Assembly: GCA_002104905.1 (NCBI GenBank)
Contig: MCFE01000105.1
Span: 1-64,000 of the forward strand
Source of the DNA: Basidiobolus meristosporus CBS 931.73
Lineage: Eukaryota > Fungi > Basidiobolomycota
DNA length: 64,000 nt
Direction: 5' to 3'
A program made the position numbers and the translations under genes. Positions within the stretch are counted from its first letter, which is position 1. The number at the start of each line of letters is the position of its first letter. The notes under the pieces were generated by a model. It had not been told where the DNA came from, made no database searches, and saw only the letters and a list, made by a program, of their open reading frames with translations. Positions 58,440-64,000 of the stretch are shown here, piece by piece.

Positions 58440-59850
58440 GAGTTGACCACTAAAGGTAATAATGCAGACTCCTCAGGCTCTAAGTCATGTGGGAACTTAG
58501 AAATCTCTGCTGTGATGCAAGCTGACAATATTTACAAGGCAGATGAGGATGTAGCAAAAGTAGTACCTTTGGTTGAAGGCCAGCAAGTGGCTGTCATAGT
58601 ATCCTCACCAGCTAGTGGTCATGTTAACATCACCACCACCCAGATTAGCAAGTATGTTATCAGCTCATATCAAAGCATCAATGAGGCAATTTGGTGTAGT
58701 GACAGACATGGTGGGAGCAATGGCCCAGAGTGATTGTAAAGTAGTCCAGAAACAGAATGAGCGCCAAGAACTTAGCCATTTTCCAATGTAACAGCAGAGG
58801 AAAACTTTACAGTCTTTGAAGCACAAAAACAGTGATATTTGGTGAGCTTTGGTATGCTTGGAGAGTATCTCAAGAATAGCCACAACTATCAAAGGCAGCA
58901 GAACAATGGTGCAATGTCAAAAAACCAGCTGCTTTCCCACAAAATCACTAGAAGCAGGGCCAAAAGCTGCAAGCAAACGTCAAAGTGACATTGGGTAGCT
59001 GGAGGAGTGCCAATAAGGAACAAGCAGGCAAACACAGAACCACCAGAATAACATTCATGACAGACAATGCAAAGTTCCACCAAGGAGGTATGCAGTCTAA
59101 GTACAAGTGGGGGACCTATCAGTAATAAAAATCAGTAGCTACCTCTAAAGCCCATCACAGCCTGGGCTGAGAGCTCAAAACAAGCGGAAAGAAGCGTCAG
59201 GTTGCCCATAGAGTGCCAGCAAGGGACAAGCAAGCCAAACATATGCATCAGTGCGGCATTTATGAAGGAAAATATGTAGTTTAATACAAGAAGTACTCAG
59301 ACAGAGCAGCAGTGAAAGACCTGGAAGTAACAAAGAAAAAGGTACAGGGAAAATACTCTATTGAAGCCAGAGATAGGGAAGCGCAAGGAATAAGGTGCAG
59401 CTCTTGTCATTCATCACCGTAAGCCCAGAGTGGATTGAATCCCAATATAGCCAGGAAGAATACAACAAGAAAACAGCTATTTTTACAAGAGCTTGAAGCA
59501 CAGTTGGTTGAGCTAATCCCCAATGAGGTACAAGAGTATGCAGGCAGAGTCAATTAGTCTATCACAGCCTCCATGTCCTCTGCTGTTGACAGAGTGGAGA
59601 TCCCACAGACAGATAAAGCAACAACACTAAGTGGTTACAGCACTTGTTCAAAAGCAGTGCTCAAGAAAACACAGTTGAATATTGCAAGGATTCATTGCTA
59701 AGACTGGCAGATGAGGTGTTAGACCTTGCAGTGCCAACCCAAAGCCAGGATGTATGGGACCAGTGAGCAAAGAGTGGTATAAAGCCATGGGGTTCCTACC
59801 AAAGTCATGGAAACAGAGTTTTACAGCACAAATACTTATTTAGTAGTGGA
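58440..59850 (+). pseudogene. Unknown ORF2 relic (longest copy)
   Basis: Homologous to 34040-34160 and 36625-37750; many stops. Confidence 0.55.
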
Positions 59851-60099
59851 TTTTAATGGACTTACTTCTCCAGGGTGGGGCTTGGGCTCATGTTGGTACT
59901 GGATACAAGGGCTTGCATAGTTTAATACAACTGGCAATTGAGGTGTAACCAAAGTTGCAATGGACATATATCAATTTGTATGCATGGAGGTAAGAGAAAT
60001 AAGTGAGTCTGGAAGTAGGGAGTGTGAAAACAAGGCAATAGCTAATCAATGCACACAAATGTAGGATGTGATAGAATGACCAGGATCAGAAAGTGTGAA

Positions 60100-60700
60100 A
60101 ATTGGCAGAGAACCAATCAAAAGCCACTTTGTATTGTTGTGAAGAAAAAATCTGACTAAGTTTTTTGTGATATCTGGGGTGCAATTTTTTTGACAGTCTT
60201 TGCATGGTGTCCTAGCAGGATCAGTACCTTACATTCAAAGGACTTTAAACTTTGAATGGCCCTCTGATAGGATCAGCACAATAGTTTTTCATAGGGATAA
60301 GGGGGAGAAGAATCCTCCAGGGAGAAAGTTTACATTGGCTGAATACCAAAAAGCTCTTTGTAGGCATTCATGAGGTATTGATTGCAAAAGTAGTGGCCAT
60401 AAAGAATATACTTCCAAGATGCATATGTCATCATCAATGCAAGGTATCTAGCAACTTTGAAAGTATCACACTGCAATGTTGTAAATTCATAGTGATAAAA
60501 GTGTGTCAATGCTGTGGGTGTGCATGTGTATAGAAGTTACCAGGCCAGGGGCCATAGTTTTTTTGATACAAACTATAGGTGGAATCCCCATGTTAGTATT
60601 AGGTAAGCAAATAAAGGGTTGATTCTACAGTGGAATATGTGTAATGGTGCATGTAAATTTAGAAAAAAAAATACTACTTGGGTGATTAATACAGATGCAT
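60100..60700 (+). mobile_element. CACTA/Tnp2 transposase C-terminal relic in opposite orientation
   Basis: Aligns with the reverse complement of 51300-51700 (gcaacttt..aagtatcacac..gtgata.aagtgtgtcaa..ggtaagcaaataaa). Confidence 0.6.
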
Positions 60701-61410
60701 TTTACAGAGCTAGCTATTGGCTGCAATACTACTAATATTTAGCCAACAGATGCCTGCTAGGAAACTGTCAAAGCACCTTCCAGTTTTTTGCCATATAAGC
60801 AAACTGAATATATTGGCTGGCTACAACTACTCAAATAAATGTAAAACTTGTTAAGAACATCCCAATGCCTTGCAAATCTCACCAAATTATTGTTATGTAA
60901 AAAATTGAGAGATGACTATTATGCAATGGACAGATATAGATTAATGGCATATGCAGGCACAACCTGATGCATTGAAATAGCCATTGGCTAAGTGCAAAGT
61001 GCTGTTACATAGTGCTACAACTTGGCCCACTCCAATGCACTTGGGCTTAAATGAGTAGATTGGCAAGCTCTGGTAACTTTGCTGTGAGATGCATGCATTG
61101 AGCTGACACACACCAACTCATTGTGAGGTGCTCTTGTTGAGGATGTTGGAGTAGATTGGACTGATGTATGCTGGTATGCAATAGTGGGGTCACATTTACA
61201 CCCATTGACAGATGTGTCCATTCCAGTATCTTCTACTTCCTTAATCCTGTACTACCCATATTTAGTTTTATCCATTTGTCTTATCTGATCAGTAGTATCC
61301 CATAAGCTGGCTAACAACAATACCTGCTCATTTATTACGTAAGTTATCCCTCACCTTGTGTAAAATTACTACACGTAACATGTATAGATATCTATTGGAC
61401 TTATGAAAGA

Positions 61411-64000
61411 ATGGACCCCCTGGATCAAGTTGAATACTTTATTGATTGGCCAATGGAAAGTACTTGCAAGAAAGTGAATTACCAAAGACCTCAGACTATT
61501 GAAGAAGCAATCAACATCATCATTGACTATGACTTGGCTATGTTTGAAGTTGGAAAGCCCACAATGAGTAATCAGAGAAGTTACAATCACTATGAAAAAA
61601 GAAATCAGAAGCAGTGCAAATGGAAATATATGCTATGCAGAAGAATCTAACTCAGAAGAATGTAAGAAGAAAGGACTTTACTTAAACTACCACCAGCAGG
61701 GATATATTACAAAGTACTGCCCTCAGAGAATAGATCAACACCAGTCAATAAGAACCTTCAAGTATATTGAAGCCCTTGAGCATAGTATATGGAGGATGAA
61801 CTTGAAGAAGACTCAGATCCCACCTTCCAAATGACAGAAAAATACCTATCCCAAATGATCTCCAACTCAAGAGTGCTATTATACTTAAATGGAGTAGTCA
61901 ATGGAGTACCTGCCAAGATCATGATTAACTCAAGAGCATCACACAACTACATGTCAGAGCTGTTTGCCTTGAAAGCTGAAATCAACTTGGAGCCCACCAT
62001 ATCAACTTCAGTCTCAACAGCTGATGAGGACTCTCACATAATCAACCATAATACTCAGCCAGTAAGGATGAGGATCAATGACCTTGAAGAAGACCTACAG
62101 GCCTTCATATCTAGGAGCTACAAGTTTGACCTTGCACTTGAAAAAGCCTGGCTGTTTTGTTGTAATCCATCAATCAGCTGGAGAGCCCATGCAACTCAAA
62201 TCCAGAAGGACAACAAGACCTATGAGCTAATACCTACCCAACCAGATTTCAACTTGGTCAATTCTAGTGTGTGTGAAATAAATGAACTTAGCAAGTCATA
62301 GCTCTGTAGAGTTCTTTGAAAAGGTACCAGTAGGTTCCTCATGGCAGTATAAAAGGAGGACTCCTCTACTCCAGCACTCCAGAAAATTCAGACTATTTTG
62401 AAGGAATATTCAGCAATGTTACTGGATGAACTTGTAAGCCTACTACCAGTCAGAGATGGGGATCATGCCATTAACACAGGTGCTACCCTCCAGTGAGCAA
62501 GACACCTTACAGAATGAGTCCAATGGAATTAAAAGAGATAGAGAGACAAATAGATCAATCAATAGAGTGAGGATACATCAGACCCAGCAAGTTGACTGGG
62601 GGAGCACCAGTACTTCTTGTAAAAAAAGGATGGACTACTTGGGATGTGAATAGACTGAAGTGCCCTCAACTCAGCAACTGTGAAGAATAAGTACCCCATA
62701 CCTTGGACTGATGAGCTTCTGGACCAACTCAATGGAGCTACTATATTCAGCAAGAATGACCTCATGTCAGGATGCAACCAGACTAGACTGAAACCTGAAG
62801 ACATCCCTAAGCTAGCATTCAGGATCATTTATAGACACTGTGAGTTCTTAGACATGTGCTTTGGCCTTACCAATGCCTCTGCAACAGTCATGACCCTGAT
62901 CCAAACAGTCTTCCAGGAGTACTTAGACAAGTGTGGTAATCTACATAGGAAACATATTAATATACAGCAAGACTAAAGAGGAACACTTGGGGCTTCTTGA
63001 AAAGGTTTTGAAGAAGTTAAGAGAAAATTAGCTGTATGGCAAGCTAGCAGAGTGTGAATTCTTGAACAAACCTGTTGAATATCTGGGATGCTTAGTGACT
63101 AGCACAGATGTGACATTAGACCCCAAGAAGGCTGAAGTCAGCAAAAATCTGAAGCAGCCACCTAAAATATCAGAGCTCAGATCATTCCTTGGAATGGTTT
63201 CATATTACTGGAGATTTGTCAAGTTCTTTGCAAGTATTGCAGCCCCTTGACCTGATATTATCAAGAAAGACAACACCTTGAAGTGGGAAATAGCTAGTGA
63301 GACAGCCTTTCAGATGCTTAGGACTGAACTTGCTAAGCTGCCAAGCATAAGAATCCCAGACCTCAGAAAAGTGTATACTCTGTGCATAGACACTTCAGAC
63401 TATGCAATTAGTGGAGTATTGAGCCAAGAACATGAGGGAAAAGACTACCCAGTTGCTTTGGGTCCAAGAAGTTGAACTCTGCTGAACAAAACTATACAGT
63501 GCTTGAGAAGGAGCTGCTTGCCATAATACACTGCTTGAAGACCTGGAAATGCTACATTGAAAGAGTCAAGTGCACTGTGAAGACTGATCACACCTAAACC
63601 AAGTATACACTTACTCAGAAAATGCTCTCCAGAAGAATGGTATGATGGAGTGAATACATTCAGCAAGTTGACTTGGTGACTGCTGATGCCTTATCAAGAG
63701 TAGAACTAGTTGCACAACTCAACTTGGTGCCTGAATCAGACTGGCCTAGCTTATTACCAAAGTACTAGTAGGACCAAGCCACTCCTAATGAGGTGGATCA
63801 AGAGATCAAGTAGTTAAACCAAGACAAAGTCAGTAAATTTGTGATACAGGATGAAACATTCTATCAGGTTGATTATGGAAGCCCTATTGCCTATTGCCCT
63901 TATGTTACTTGCCTGGATTTAATACATAAGCTACACAGTGAGTATGAATATCTTAGAATTGAACAAACCTAGAACTTTGTGAAAGCCAGAGCATGGTGGC
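61411..64000 (+). mobile_element. Ty3/gypsy copy C, most decayed, 5'-truncated, runs off the window end
   Basis: DQVEYFID..RPQTIEEAI, protease (MINSRA), RT and RNase H remnants collinear with copy A. Confidence 0.9.

Noticed and set aside
50531-60700. CACTA/CACTG terminal inverted repeats for the Tnp2 relics
   Set aside because: No convincing paired termini or 3-bp TSD found by eye, so element ends are left undefined.
28242-64000. Classical Neurospora-type RIP (CpA to TpA)
   Set aside because: CpA/TpG remain abundant and CpG is the missing dinucleotide. Some CAA/CAG to stop changes exist but look like background.
1-64000. tRNA or rRNA genes
   Set aside because: No cloverleaf with T-loop GTTCRA context or rRNA-conserved blocks noticed; tRNAscan-SE and barrnap were not run.

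Overview
Eukaryotic, fungal window; the gene set and 50-70 bp GT-AG introns suggest an early-diverging, zygomycete-grade fungus (inference). It has two sharply separated compartments. (1) Bases 1 to ~27.6 kb are gene-dense and CpG-rich, with 11 protein genes: the 3' part of a CLC chloride channel, a divergent Ste24/M48 protease, an unannotated ~230-aa protein with FAM122/PABIR-like motifs, APC4, FYV10/GID9, CCT7, ribokinase, BRR2, SHE4/UNC-45, DRN1/CWF19L1 and MOCS2A. (2) ~27.6-64 kb is a nested, decayed transposon field almost devoid of CpG. It holds Ty1/copia elements and solo LTRs, three copies plus a solo LTR of one Ty3/gypsy family with 4-bp TSDs, several CACTA/Tnp2-type transposase relics with an unknown partner ORF, a MITE with an AAT TSD, a ~440-bp foldback element and a ~780-bp tandem duplication. 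I saw no tRNA, rRNA or CRISPR array. The best leads are the FAM122-like candidate PP2A-B55 regulator, the abrupt CpG desert, gypsy copies sharing substitutions at normally invariant residues, and the Ste24 paralogue with a remodelled substrate strand. All alignments, counts and exon models were done by eye. Family motifs are recalled from memory and need database confirmation.
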